From: Clostridia bacterium
GTDB taxonomy: Bacteria; Bacillota; Clostridia; Oscillospirales; Acutalibacteraceae
Assembly (NCBI GenBank): GCA_017507805.1
Contig: JAFWAC010000001.1
Span: 23,695-87,694, forward strand
DNA: 64,000 nt
Direction: 5' to 3'
The notes beneath the pieces were generated by a model that did no database searches, was not told the DNA's origin, and saw nothing but the letters and a program-made list of their open reading frames with translations. The translations under genes were made by a program, and so were the position numbers. The stretch's first letter is position 1. Each line of letters starts with the position of its first letter. Positions 7,070 through 15,618 of this stretch are shown piece after piece.

Positions 7070-7147
7070 ATATGTGTTTACACCATCGGGGTATTAGGTT
7101 GCGATTTTGCAGAATAAAAAGGCGGATAGACCGCGGGGGCACCCCGC
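7070..7147 (-). repeat. repeat module M (copy 1, inverted relative to 35607..35692)
   Basis: Reverse complement GCGGGGTGCCCCCGCGGTCTATCCGCCTTTTTATTCTGCAAAATCGCAAC..ATACCCCGATGGTGTAAACACATAT matches 35607..35692 and part of 57327..57364. Abuts the glmS stop codon. Confidence 0.75.
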
Positions 7148-8970
7148 TATTCCACAGTTACCGATTTTGCAAGGTTGCGGGGTTTATCAATATCACAGCC
7201 GTTATAAAGGGCAGCATAATAGGCATAAAGCTGAAAGGGGATAACCTCCAACGAAGCCGAAAGCAGTGGGTGGGTTTTTGGGATATATATAACCTCCTGT
7301 GCCTCTGCTTCAATGACGGTGTTACCCTCGGTCGCACAGGCTAAAACATCGGCGCCTCTTGCGCGCACCTCCTTAACATTGCTTAAAAGCTTATCGAAAA
7401 GTCTTTCGCAGGCACAAAGGGCTATCACGGTGCGCCCCTCCTCGATAAGAGAGATTGTTCCGTGCTTAAGCTCGCCTGCGGCATAGGCTTCGGAATGAAT
7501 GTAAGAAATTTCCTTTAATTTTAGGGAGGCTTCAAGGGCTACGGCATAGTCTGTATTTCTGCCGATAAAGAAAAGGGAATGTGGATTTCCGCATTTCTTT
7601 GCCGCCTGCTTTATAATCGGCTCTGCTTCAATAACCCTTTTGATTTTTTTAGGTAAAAGTCTCAATTCATCAAAAAGCGCCTCAATTTTTTCACTTTCCA
7701 TTGTGCCAAGCATTCTTGCCGCCCAGACAGCAAAAAGATAAAGCACAGAAAGCTGTGTGGAATAGCCCTTGGTTGTGGCAACCGCAATTTCGGGGCCTGC
7801 CCAGGTGTAGATTACATCGTCTGAAGCCTTTGCGATAGAGCTTCCCACCACATTAACGATTGAAAGCACATGCGAGCCGCGTTTTTTAGCCTCCTTTAAG
7901 GCGGCAAGGGTGTCAGCCGTTTCGCCCGACTGACTTATAACTATGGTAAGTGTTTTTTCATCAACAATCGGGTTGCGGTAGCGAAATTCGCTTGCCAAAT
8001 CAACCTCGGTGGGTATTCTTAAGGTTTCCTCCAAAACATATTTTCCCACCATACCCGCATGATAAGCCGAGCCGCAGGCTATAATTGATATGCGGTTGAT
8101 ATTTTTCAGGCTTTCACCGTTTAATTTTATATCCTCAAAAACAATTTCTCTGCCTCTGATGCGGCTTTCAACCGTTTGAGAAACGGCATCGGGCTGTTCG
8201 TGAATTTCCTTCATCATAAAATGCTCATACCCGCCCTTTTCAGCCGCCGCAACATCCCAGCCCACAACCGATGGCGTGCGCTCCAAGGCAGTGCCGTCCG
8301 CGGAATAAACCGTGACGGAATTCGGTGTTATAAGGGCGGTTTCACCGTCCTCAATATATAAAACCTTTTTTGTATGTGATACTATCGCCGTCACATCCGA
8401 GGCTATTATGTTTGCGTCCTCGCCCAAGCCGATAATAAGCGGGCTGAAATGCTTTGCCGCAACGAGGGTGTCGGGAAAATCGGTGCAAATAATGCCTAAT
8501 GCATAAGAGCCCTCAAGCCTTGCAGTCACTTCTCTTACCGCCTCGATTAAATTTCCCTCGTAATATTTCTGCAAAAGCTGTGGTATTACCTCGGTGTCGG
8601 TCTGACTTTTAAAGCTTATGCCCTCGGCTTCAAGCTCCGCCTTAAGAGAAGCATAATTTTCGATTATCCCGTTATGAACAACAGCAAATTTCATATTTTC
8701 ACTTGTGTGTGGGTGGGCATTTTCAACCGATGGCGCACCGTGGGTTGCCCATCTTGTGTGACCGATACCCAAAGCACCGCCGTCATTATCGAAGCCCTTA
8801 ATTGCTTTAAGCGCCTGCACGCGCTCGACCGTTTTATAAATATTGAATTTATCTTGATTTAAGAGGGCAATACCTGCAGAGTCATAGCCGCGGTACTCAA
8901 GCCTGTGAAGTCCCTCAAACAAAAAATCCTTTGCCGCGCTTTTGCCGGCAAAGCCTACTATTCCGCACAT
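7147..8970 (-). CDS. glmS: glutamine--fructose-6-phosphate aminotransferase
   Basis: 607 aa from MCGIVGF (Ntn-amidotransferase Cys2). Two SIS domains. C-terminal ..AKSVTVE. The upstream in-frame extension to 9024 was rejected. Confidence 0.97.
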   Translation of the reverse strand: MCGIVGFAGKSAAKDFLFEGLHRLEYRGYDSAGIALLNQDKFNIYKTVERVQALKAIKGFDNDGGALGIGHTRWATHGAPSVENAHPHTSENMKFAVVHNGIIENYASLKAELEAEGISFKSQTDTEVIPQLLQKYYEGNLIEAVREVTARLEGSYALGIICTDFPDTLVAAKHFSPLIIGLGEDANIIASDVTAIVSHTKKVLYIEDGETALITPNSVTVYSADGTALERTPSVVGWDVAAAEKGGYEHFMMKEIHEQPDAVSQTVESRIRGREIVFEDIKLNGESLKNINRISIIACGSAYHAGMVGKYVLEETLRIPTEVDLASEFRYRNPIVDEKTLTIVISQSGETADTLAALKEAKKRGSHVLSIVNVVGSSIAKASDDVIYTWAGPEIAVATTKGYSTQLSVLYLFAVWAARMLGTMESEKIEALFDELRLLPKKIKRVIEAEPIIKQAAKKCGNPHSLFFIGRNTDYAVALEASLKLKEISYIHSEAYAAGELKHGTISLIEEGRTVIALCACERLFDKLLSNVKEVRARGADVLACATEGNTVIEAEAQEVIYIPKTHPLLSASLEVIPFQLYAYYAALYNGCDIDKPRNLAKSVTVE

Positions 8971-9086
8971 AAAAAATACACCTTTCCGCTTGTATGGACG
9001 GAAGGGCGCAAAAAATAAACGCACAAAACTGCCGCAAGGGTATAATAACCCCTTGTGTTCCGTACATACAAAAAAATATTTTTTTA

Positions 9087-9230
9087 CAGCATAGCGAACA
9101 CCTTTGTTCCGAAATTACTTTCGGGTTTTGTGCATCCGTTTACGACATGTCTGCCGTGGGGCATCCGCCGAATCTTTCGATGAACCCCAACCTCGTCAAC
9201 CGCTATGCCATATGTACGGTCCCGGCGCTT
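9087..9230 (-). promoter_or_regulatory. glmS ribozyme (GlcN6P-dependent self-cleaving riboswitch)
   Basis: Minus strand reads A/GCGCCGGGACC...GGTTGACGAGG...TCGAAAGATTCGGCGGATGCCCC...CGGAACAAAGG. This matches conserved glmS ribozyme core blocks in the glmS 5' UTR. Confidence 0.88.
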
Positions 9231-9324
9231 GAAATTAATTAAACGGTTTTTTATCCTTTCATTTTATTTTATGGCATATAATCCGCAAACCGAGCATTTT
9301 TTATTTTTTACTCGATTATACTAT

Positions 9325-9353
9325 ATTATACGCGATTATACATAAGATGTCAA
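9325..9353 (-). promoter_or_regulatory. sigmaA-type promoter of glmS
   Basis: Minus strand TTGACA (9353..9348), 17 nt, TATAAT (9330..9325). Confidence 0.55.
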
Positions 9354-9377
9354 TTAAAAAATTTCTATTTTTAGGTG

Positions 9378-9405
9378 TTGACATTATTCGACAATATATT
9401 ATAAT
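9378..9405 (+). promoter_or_regulatory. sigmaA-type promoter of an orphan short transcript
   Basis: TTGACA (9378..9383), 16 nt, TATAAT (9400..9405). Confidence 0.55.
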
Positions 9406-9557
9406 TATAATGTGGAAATCTGCTGTCATTGTCGAACTTGCATCTTCATAGACAGTTGATGGTTAAAAAGGACGGTTGCCTGTGATCCCGCTTGGGCGGA
9501 ATTGAGGTTAAAGTTATAGCCCTTGCGGGAAATTTTTCTCGAAGGGAGCTGATACTT

Positions 9558-9656
9558 ATTACTTTTTCTGTTATACTTGGTATTTGTACCGTCATCGGTA
9601 CGGCTGTAGGAATAATATCGCTTGCGATTTATTTATATGACCGAAAGAAAAAGTGA
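9558..9656 (+). CDS. candidate type I toxin-like hydrophobic peptide (~32 aa; non-ATG start, tentative)
   Basis: Strong SD GAAGGGAG (9541..9548). Open frame ..ITFSVILGICTVIGTAVGIISLAIYLYDRKKK*. One TM helix plus a basic tail. The only plausible start near the SD is ATT at 9558 (9-nt spacing). Confidence 0.3.
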   Translation: MTFSVILGICTVIGTAVGIISLAIYLYDRKKK

Positions 9657-9749
9657 GCCGTCTGCGGCAACAGACGACTCACGGGTTTGAGATAACATCT
9701 CACATCTCAAGTTGTTTTAAGTGCTGTGGCAACCGTCTTGGGTTTCCAC
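9643..9749 (-). ncRNA. candidate antisense sRNA overlapping the 3' end of the small ORF
   Basis: Minus-strand promoter TTGACA (9784..9779), 17 nt, TAATAT (9761..9756). Three predicted hairpins. Terminator GTGAGTCGTCTG-TTGCCG-CAGACGGCTCAC + TTTTTCTTT ends inside the ORF's last codons. Confidence 0.35.
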
Positions 9750-9803
9750 ACCCTTATATTAACACACTATGATTTTTTTGTCAACATTTCTATTGAATTT
9801 TTT

Positions 9804-9830
9804 CCGCACCTTTTTGAGGGGCGGTTTTTT
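9804..9830 (+). terminator. plus-strand intrinsic terminator
   Basis: CCGCACC-TTTTTGA-GGGGCGG followed by TTTTTT. Lies just before the convergent cysK stop. Confidence 0.5.
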
Positions 9831-9835
9831 AATCT

Positions 9836-10756
9836 TTATAAATTAGATAAATAGCGTTCGCCTGTATCGGGCAGGAGGACAACAATCCTTTTATTTTTGT
9901 TTTCCTCTCTTTTTGCAAGCTCAAGCGCCGCAAAAAGCGCCGCGCCCGATGAAATTCCAACCAAAACACCCTCCGTTTTGGCGATTAGTCTTGCGGTGTC
10001 AAAGGCTTGCTCATCCGAAACGGTGATAATTTCATCTAAAATATCGGTGTTGAGGGTATCAGGAACAAAGCCTGCGCCAATTCCCTGAATTTTGTGTGCG
10101 CCCGCCTTTCCGCCTGACAAAACAGGGGAGCTTAGCGGTTCTGCGCCGACAATCTTAATATCAGAATTTTTTTCCTTTAAAAAGCTTCCGACACCTGTAA
10201 TCGTGCCGCCTGTGCCTATGCCTGCAACAAAAATATCAATATTTCCTGCTGTGTCGGCATAAATTTCGTAAGCTGTGGTATTAAAATGAGCCTTTGGATT
10301 ATCGGGGTTTCCGAATTGGTCGGGGATGAAGCTGTTTTCATACTCCTTTGAAAGCTCATTTGCCCTTTCAATTGCGCCCGACATTCCCTTTGCACCCTCG
10401 GTTAAAACAAGCTCGGCACCGTAGGCTGAAATCAGCTTTTTTCTTTCCTCAGACATAGTTTCGGGCATAACAATTATAACCCTGTAGCCCTTAACTGCCG
10501 CAACAAGGGCAAGACCTATTCCCGTATTTCCCGAGGTTGGCTCGATTATAACGGTATCGCTTTTTATAAGCCCCTTTTTTTCTGCTTCAGCCAGCATATT
10601 AAGGGCAACCCTGTCCTTTGCCGAGCCGCCGGGATTGAAAAGTTCAAGCTTCGCAACAAGCTCTGCCTGCAGATTAAAGCGCTTTTCAATATTATAAAGT
10701 CTCAGCAACGGGGTTTTGCCAATCAGCTCCAAAGCGGAGGAATAAATTTTTTCCAT
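9836..10756 (-). CDS. cysK: cysteine synthase A (O-acetylserine sulfhydrylase)
   Basis: 306 aa. PLP-lysine motif [26 protein letters not shown] loop. Confidence 0.95.
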   Translation of the reverse strand: MEKIYSSALELIGKTPLLRLYNIEKRFNLQAELVAKLELFNPGGSAKDRVALNMLAEAEKKGLIKSDTVIIEPTSGNTGIGLALVAAVKGYRVIIVMPETMSEERKKLISAYGAELVLTEGAKGMSGAIERANELSKEYENSFIPDQFGNPDNPKAHFNTTAYEIYADTAGNIDIFVAGIGTGGTITGVGSFLKEKNSDIKIVGAEPLSSPVLSGGKAGAHKIQGIGAGFVPDTLNTDILDEIITVSDEQAFDTARLIAKTEGVLVGISSGAALFAALELAKREENKNKRIVVLLPDTGERYLSNL

Positions 10757-10758
10757 AG

Positions 10759-11208
10759 CTATTCCTTTCTTAAACGGTTAAAAAAATCCCGTAAAATCTC
10801 AAGGCACTCATCCTCGCAGATGCCGCCATAGATTTCGGGCTTGTGATTATAGGGATAGTTGCAAAGGTTAATAACACTGTCAATGCTGCCTGCCTTCGGG
10901 TCGTAAGCCCCGAAAACAAGCTTTGTGATGCGTGAATTTATAATTGCCCCTGCACACATCGGGCAAGGCTCTAAGGTGACATAAAGCTCACAACCGTCAA
11001 GCCGCCAGCTTTTTAATTTTTTGCAGGCGGCATTAATTGCCTCAATTTCTGCGTGAGAAAGGGCATTTTGCTTTTCCTCACGCATATTTTTTCCCTCAGC
11101 GATTATCTCGCCGTCCTTAACAATTACGGCACCAACCGGCACCTCACCCATTTCGGCGGCTTCGCGCGCCAGCTCAATGGCTCTGAGCATAAATTTTTTT
11201 ATTTTCAT
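10759..11208 (-). CDS. tadA: tRNA adenosine(34) deaminase
   Basis: 149 aa. CDA-fold zinc motifs HAE and PCPMCAGA. Confidence 0.94.
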   Translation of the reverse strand: MKIKKFMLRAIELAREAAEMGEVPVGAVIVKDGEIIAEGKNMREEKQNALSHAEIEAINAACKKLKSWRLDGCELYVTLEPCPMCAGAIINSRITKLVFGAYDPKAGSIDSVINLCNYPYNHKPEIYGGICEDECLEILRDFFNRLRKE

Positions 11209-11846
11209 TATTCCACAGTAAAAAAGGGCTCTTGAATACTTTGCGGAGCATTTTTTCTGTGAATAAAGAGGAAAATCGGCGCTAAGAAGCCGAATAATAC
11301 AGAAAGCACCGTAAAGGTTGTGGCATTATCCCTTGTAAAGATTGCAAAAATACGCCAAAGGGATACATAATAAACAACCTCGTAAACCACAGCCAACGCC
11401 AAAGCTACAAAGTAAACGGCGATTACAGGGATTAATGACGAAAACATCTCAAAGGTAACAGCAGAATCGGCAGAAACCGCGTTTTCCACATTTGCGATAA
11501 TTTGTGAAACTGCAAAAATAGAAAGCAGGATGAAAACCGCAAGTAATATTCTTACCAAAATATAAAGAATTAAAAGCCAAGCTCCCAGCTTTGCGGATTT
11601 TGTGCCGTTTTTCTTTTGATATTTTTGTGCCACCCTGCCAAAGGTTAAAACATTTAAAACGGGGATGAAAGCCAGCACACTTCCCTTAACACCCAAGGTT
11701 TTGGACATATCATAAATTCCGAAAGCCCTTAAAATGTAAAGAATTAAGCCGACAATACCCGAAAAGGTAAGGGTAATACCGTAAATAGTTAAAATTGCCC
11801 CCGAAATAGCAGGAAAAGCTTCTTCAATTAAAGAAAAATTGAACAT
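11208..11846 (-). CDS. hypothetical multi-pass membrane protein
   Basis: 212 aa, 5-6 hydrophobic helices. Its stop overlaps the tadA start. No family recognised. Confidence 0.6.
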   Translation of the reverse strand: MFNFSLIEEAFPAISGAILTIYGITLTFSGIVGLILYILRAFGIYDMSKTLGVKGSVLAFIPVLNVLTFGRVAQKYQKKNGTKSAKLGAWLLILYILVRILLAVFILLSIFAVSQIIANVENAVSADSAVTFEMFSSLIPVIAVYFVALALAVVYEVVYYVSLWRIFAIFTRDNATTFTVLSVLFGFLAPIFLFIHRKNAPQSIQEPFFTVE

Positions 11847-11863
11847 TTAAACATTCTCTCCTT

Positions 11864-12970
11864 TTAAATCACAAAAAATGCAAGCGATTCAATCAAGCAG
11901 TAAGCAATAAAAATTATAATAACTACTGAGCAGAAAAACCATTTATATTTCTTACCCTCTGTAGCCTTTGTTTCGGGAGGATTAAGCTTAAAAAGCTCAG
12001 CAGAGCTTCCGCTTTTCAGCAAAAGCGCCGCCAATCCGCCCAAAAGACAAAGGGTTAAAAATACAGTATAAAGAATATTTTGCTGAACTGTTGTAAGCCC
12101 TTCCAAAAGGGAATTGAAAACAACCGAAATAAAGTTATTAAAGGCGTGAACTGCCATCGCAATTAAAACTGAGCCGCTTTTCACGGTTATAAATCCAAGC
12201 ACAAGCCCCACTAAAAAGGCAAAAGGCATCTGCTCAAAGTTTCCGTGCATAAGTCCGAAAAGGATTGCCGAGGTTATAATTGCAAAGCTGTCCCCGAATT
12301 TGCGCAAAAGCCCCAAAATCAAGCCGCGACAGGCAAATTCCTCAACCAAAGCAGGCACTATAACGGTTGAAATGAGCACCAGCAAAAATCCGAAAATTCC
12401 CTTTGGATTGTCCCCGAAATCAACATCGTATTCTATACCGAAGCGCTCAAAAATACTTCCGGCATAGGAAACTGCAATGTTTGCAAAGAAGCAAAAGGAA
12501 ATACCAAAAAGGAAAAAGGGTAAAATTAATTCCTTTTCAGGCTTTGAAAAGCTTATCAAATCACTTATTCGCTCTCCGCCTATCTTAAAACAGATAATGA
12601 ACGGAACTGTGAATGCAGAAAGTGACAGAATTATCTGCAGGGTATGCAACACTGCCGGCTCCTCAAGACTGATATTCATATTAAAAACCGGACTTAAAAA
12701 AGAAATTAAAAAAACCGAGACAAAATTAAGCACAAGGATAAATGCAGTCATCACTAAAAATGAAGCGCCTATTATGTTTGCCGCCCGTTTGATTTTTTTT
12801 CTTTCCTCATAGGTTTCAGGTGAAAACCCATAAGGAATATATGTCACATACTGTGGGATTGGTCGGTCTTGTTCAATTTCGGTTTTTTGTTCTAAAGGCT
12901 CAGCCCCGGAAGTCTCAGCTTCCGAGGCATCATTATTATATTGTTGATTGATATTATTTTCTTCAGGCAT
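11864..12970 (-). CDS. CPBP-family intramembrane glutamic endopeptidase (CAAX protease/Abi-like)
   Basis: 368 aa. Motifs EEFACRG, FGLMHGN, HAFNN. Multi-pass membrane protein. Confidence 0.85.
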   Translation of the reverse strand: MPEENNINQQYNNDASEAETSGAEPLEQKTEIEQDRPIPQYVTYIPYGFSPETYEERKKIKRAANIIGASFLVMTAFILVLNFVSVFLISFLSPVFNMNISLEEPAVLHTLQIILSLSAFTVPFIICFKIGGERISDLISFSKPEKELILPFFLFGISFCFFANIAVSYAGSIFERFGIEYDVDFGDNPKGIFGFLLVLISTVIVPALVEEFACRGLILGLLRKFGDSFAIITSAILFGLMHGNFEQMPFAFLVGLVLGFITVKSGSVLIAMAVHAFNNFISVVFNSLLEGLTTVQQNILYTVFLTLCLLGGLAALLLKSGSSAELFKLNPPETKATEGKKYKWFFCSVVIIIFIAYCLIESLAFFVI

Positions 12971-13010
12971 AATCTAACCGTTCACCTCTGTATTAAATTA
13001 GCCGCTTTTT

Positions 13011-15605
13011 TTATTCCTCACTGTCCTCTGTCTGTGCCTCAGCCTCAGCAATATTTGCTTCCGCTAATTCTGCCTCGGTTTCACCCTCTGCAGAATCGGC
13101 ATCGGGCGCATCGGGGGTATCGGTGACCTCCTCCTCGTCATGCTCGGCAATACCGACAGACAAAATCTTACGCACGCTGTTACCCGAGGAATCGGTTGTG
13201 CGCATTATTCTTACACCCTTTGCAGGACGGGCAAATTCCGAAATATCCTCTGTGAATATTCGGATAATAATACCGTCATCCGCAATCATTATAATATCTG
13301 TGTTTTCCATTGCAGGAAGCACAGCCGCAACATCGCCGTATTTTTCAACGCGGTAATTCTTAATACCCTTACCGCCTCTTGACTGCAGACGGTAATCGGA
13401 AATTTTGCTCACTCTGCCGTAGCCCGTTTCGCTGATTGTAAGCACGCGGGTATTTTCGTCACAGATTGCCATATCAACAACGCTGTCACCCTCGCGCATG
13501 GTGATAGCCTTAACACCGCGGGCTGTTCTGCCCATCGTGCGGACATTTGTTTCCTTAAATCTTATCGAAACACCCTTCTTGGTGGCAAGCAGTAAATCAT
13601 CCTCGCCTGTGGTCATTCTGACAAACTTAAGCTCATCATCCTCATCAATGGAAAGAGCAATAATACCGTTTTTACGGGTATTTTTAAACTCGGAAAGCTT
13701 TGTTCTCTTAATAATACCCTTCTTTGTAACCATACAGAGGTAGCGTTCCTCGTCATCCTCAACGGTGCAGGGCAGAATGGTGGTAATCTTTTCCTCACTC
13801 ATAAGAGGCACAACATTAACAACATTTAGTCCCTTACTCTGTCGGCTGCCCTCGGGAATTTCGTAAGCCTTAATTCTGTAAACACGGCCTAAGTTAGTGA
13901 ACATCATAATAGAATCGTGAGAGGAGCAGACAAACATATTCTGAACAATATCGTCCTCTCTTGTGCTCATTCCCTTAATACCCTTACCGCCGCGGTTCTG
14001 AACGCTGTACTCACTTGCGGGAACACGCTTGATATAACCGTTTTGGGTTTTGGTTATAACGCAGGACTCCTCGGGAATAAGGTCCTCAATATCAACCTCG
14101 CCCAAAACATCCGAAATTTCGGTGCGGCGGTCATCGCTGAATTTATCCCTTAAATTAAGAGCCTCTGTCTTAACAATATCGAGTATTCTCTCTCTGCTTG
14201 CAAGGATTGCTTCACATTCCTTAATAAAGTCAAGCTTTTCCTGCAATTCGTCAAGAATTTTTTGCTTTTCAAGACCGGCAATCTTACCTAACTGCATCTG
14301 AACAATAGCAGTTGTCTGAATATCATCAAGCCCAAATCTCTCGGAAAGTCTTTCCTTACTTTCGGGAATAGTCTTGCTGGAGCGAATGATTGAAATTACC
14401 TCGTCAATGAAATCAAGAGCAATTTTCAAGCCCTCTAAAATATGGGCGCGCTCCTCTGCCTTCCTTTTATCGTATGCTGTGCGGCGATAGATTATATCAT
14501 ATTGGAAATCAATGCAGCTTTGCAGCATTTCCTTTAAGGTTAAAATCTGCGGCTTTCCGTTTACTATTGCCAGCAAAATTGCGCCGAAGGTGGTCTGCAA
14601 GGCAGTATAACGGTAAATTTTATTAAGCACAACCTGCGGATTTGCATCCCTTTTAAGGTCAACAATAATTCTGATACCGCCGTCCCGCTTTGAGGAATAG
14701 TCCACAACATCGTCTATACCCTCAATTCGTTTTTCAGCGGCAAGGTCGTAAATATTCTTAACAAGCTCCTGCTTTTTAACCTTATAGGGAATTTCGGTTA
14801 TAATAATGCGGAATTTTCCGTTTTTGGTTTCCTCAATCTCGGCTTTACCGCGGACAACAATCTTTCCTCTGCCTGTAGCATAAGCCGCGCGGATACCTGC
14901 CCTTCCCATTATAATACCGCCTGTCGGGAAATCGGGGCCCTTTATGTGCTGACAAATTTCCTGCAATTCAGCCTCAGGGTTATCAATAAGACAGCACATA
15001 CCGTCAATAACCTCACCTAAATTGTGGGGCGGAATTTCGGTTGCCATACCAACCGCAATACCCGATGAGCCGTTTACAAGAAGCTGCGGAAATCTTACGG
15101 GTAAAACCTGCGGCTCCTCCAAACGGTTATCGTAGTTAGGGGCAAAATCAACCGTTTCCTTGTCAATATCGTCAAGCATACTCAAGGACAGTCTGTTCAT
15201 TCTCGACTCGGTATAACGGTAAGCGGCGGCAGGATAACCGTCAATATTACCGAAATTTCCGTGACCGTCAATAAGAGGATACCTGAGAGAAAAATCCTGT
15301 GCCATACGCACCATTGAATCGTAAACACTTGCGTCACCGTGGGGATGGTAACGACCGAGCACCGAGCCTACCGTGTCTGCGCACTTACGGTAAGCCTTGT
15401 CAGGTGTGAGACCGTTTTCATACATTGTGTAAAGTATTCTGCGGTGAACAGGCTTCAAACCGTCACGCACATCGGGGATAGCACGGCCTACCAGCACCGA
15501 CATTGAATACTGAAGCATACTTTGCTTTACTTCATCAACAATTTCAACCGGCTTAATATTTGTTTCTTCACTGCTCGGCCAATATACATTTTCTTGCTTT
15601 GCCAT
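13011..15605 (-). CDS. gyrA: DNA gyrase subunit A
   Basis: 864 aa. QRDR HPHGDASVYD. Catalytic Tyr in AAYRYTE. Acidic C-terminal tail. Confidence 0.98.
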   Translation of the reverse strand: MAKQENVYWPSSEETNIKPVEIVDEVKQSMLQYSMSVLVGRAIPDVRDGLKPVHRRILYTMYENGLTPDKAYRKCADTVGSVLGRYHPHGDASVYDSMVRMAQDFSLRYPLIDGHGNFGNIDGYPAAAYRYTESRMNRLSLSMLDDIDKETVDFAPNYDNRLEEPQVLPVRFPQLLVNGSSGIAVGMATEIPPHNLGEVIDGMCCLIDNPEAELQEICQHIKGPDFPTGGIIMGRAGIRAAYATGRGKIVVRGKAEIEETKNGKFRIIITEIPYKVKKQELVKNIYDLAAEKRIEGIDDVVDYSSKRDGGIRIIVDLKRDANPQVVLNKIYRYTALQTTFGAILLAIVNGKPQILTLKEMLQSCIDFQYDIIYRRTAYDKRKAEERAHILEGLKIALDFIDEVISIIRSSKTIPESKERLSERFGLDDIQTTAIVQMQLGKIAGLEKQKILDELQEKLDFIKECEAILASRERILDIVKTEALNLRDKFSDDRRTEISDVLGEVDIEDLIPEESCVITKTQNGYIKRVPASEYSVQNRGGKGIKGMSTREDDIVQNMFVCSSHDSIMMFTNLGRVYRIKAYEIPEGSRQSKGLNVVNVVPLMSEEKITTILPCTVEDDEERYLCMVTKKGIIKRTKLSEFKNTRKNGIIALSIDEDDELKFVRMTTGEDDLLLATKKGVSIRFKETNVRTMGRTARGVKAITMREGDSVVDMAICDENTRVLTISETGYGRVSKISDYRLQSRGGKGIKNYRVEKYGDVAAVLPAMENTDIIMIADDGIIIRIFTEDISEFARPAKGVRIMRTTDSSGNSVRKILSVGIAEHDEEEVTDTPDAPDADSAEGETEAELAEANIAEAEAQTEDSEE

Positions 15606-15618
15606 TTCTCACACCACC

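Noticed and set aside
6734-7147. Possibility that the dense repeats (here and at 35.6, 47.6, 51.4, 57.4 kb) are CRISPR arrays.
   Set aside because: There are no regularly spaced identical direct repeats with unique spacers. The elements are inverted repeats and palindromes of differing lengths, and no cas genes are present.
7072-7344. 90-aa plus-strand ORF across repeat module M and the glmS 3' end.
   Set aside because: It is antisense to glmS and starts inside a repeat module. There are no translation signals.
8971-9024. 18-codon N-terminal extension of glmS.
   Set aside because: GlmS must begin Met-Cys (Cys becomes the N-terminal nucleophile). MCGIVG starts at 8970, and the extension would run into the ribozyme-containing UTR.
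9492-9656. Longer 54-aa version of the small hydrophobic ORF, using TTG at 9492.
   Set aside because: There is no SD upstream of 9492, whereas a strong GAAGGGAG sits at 9541..9548 inside that frame. The shorter peptide is the better, though still tentative, model.
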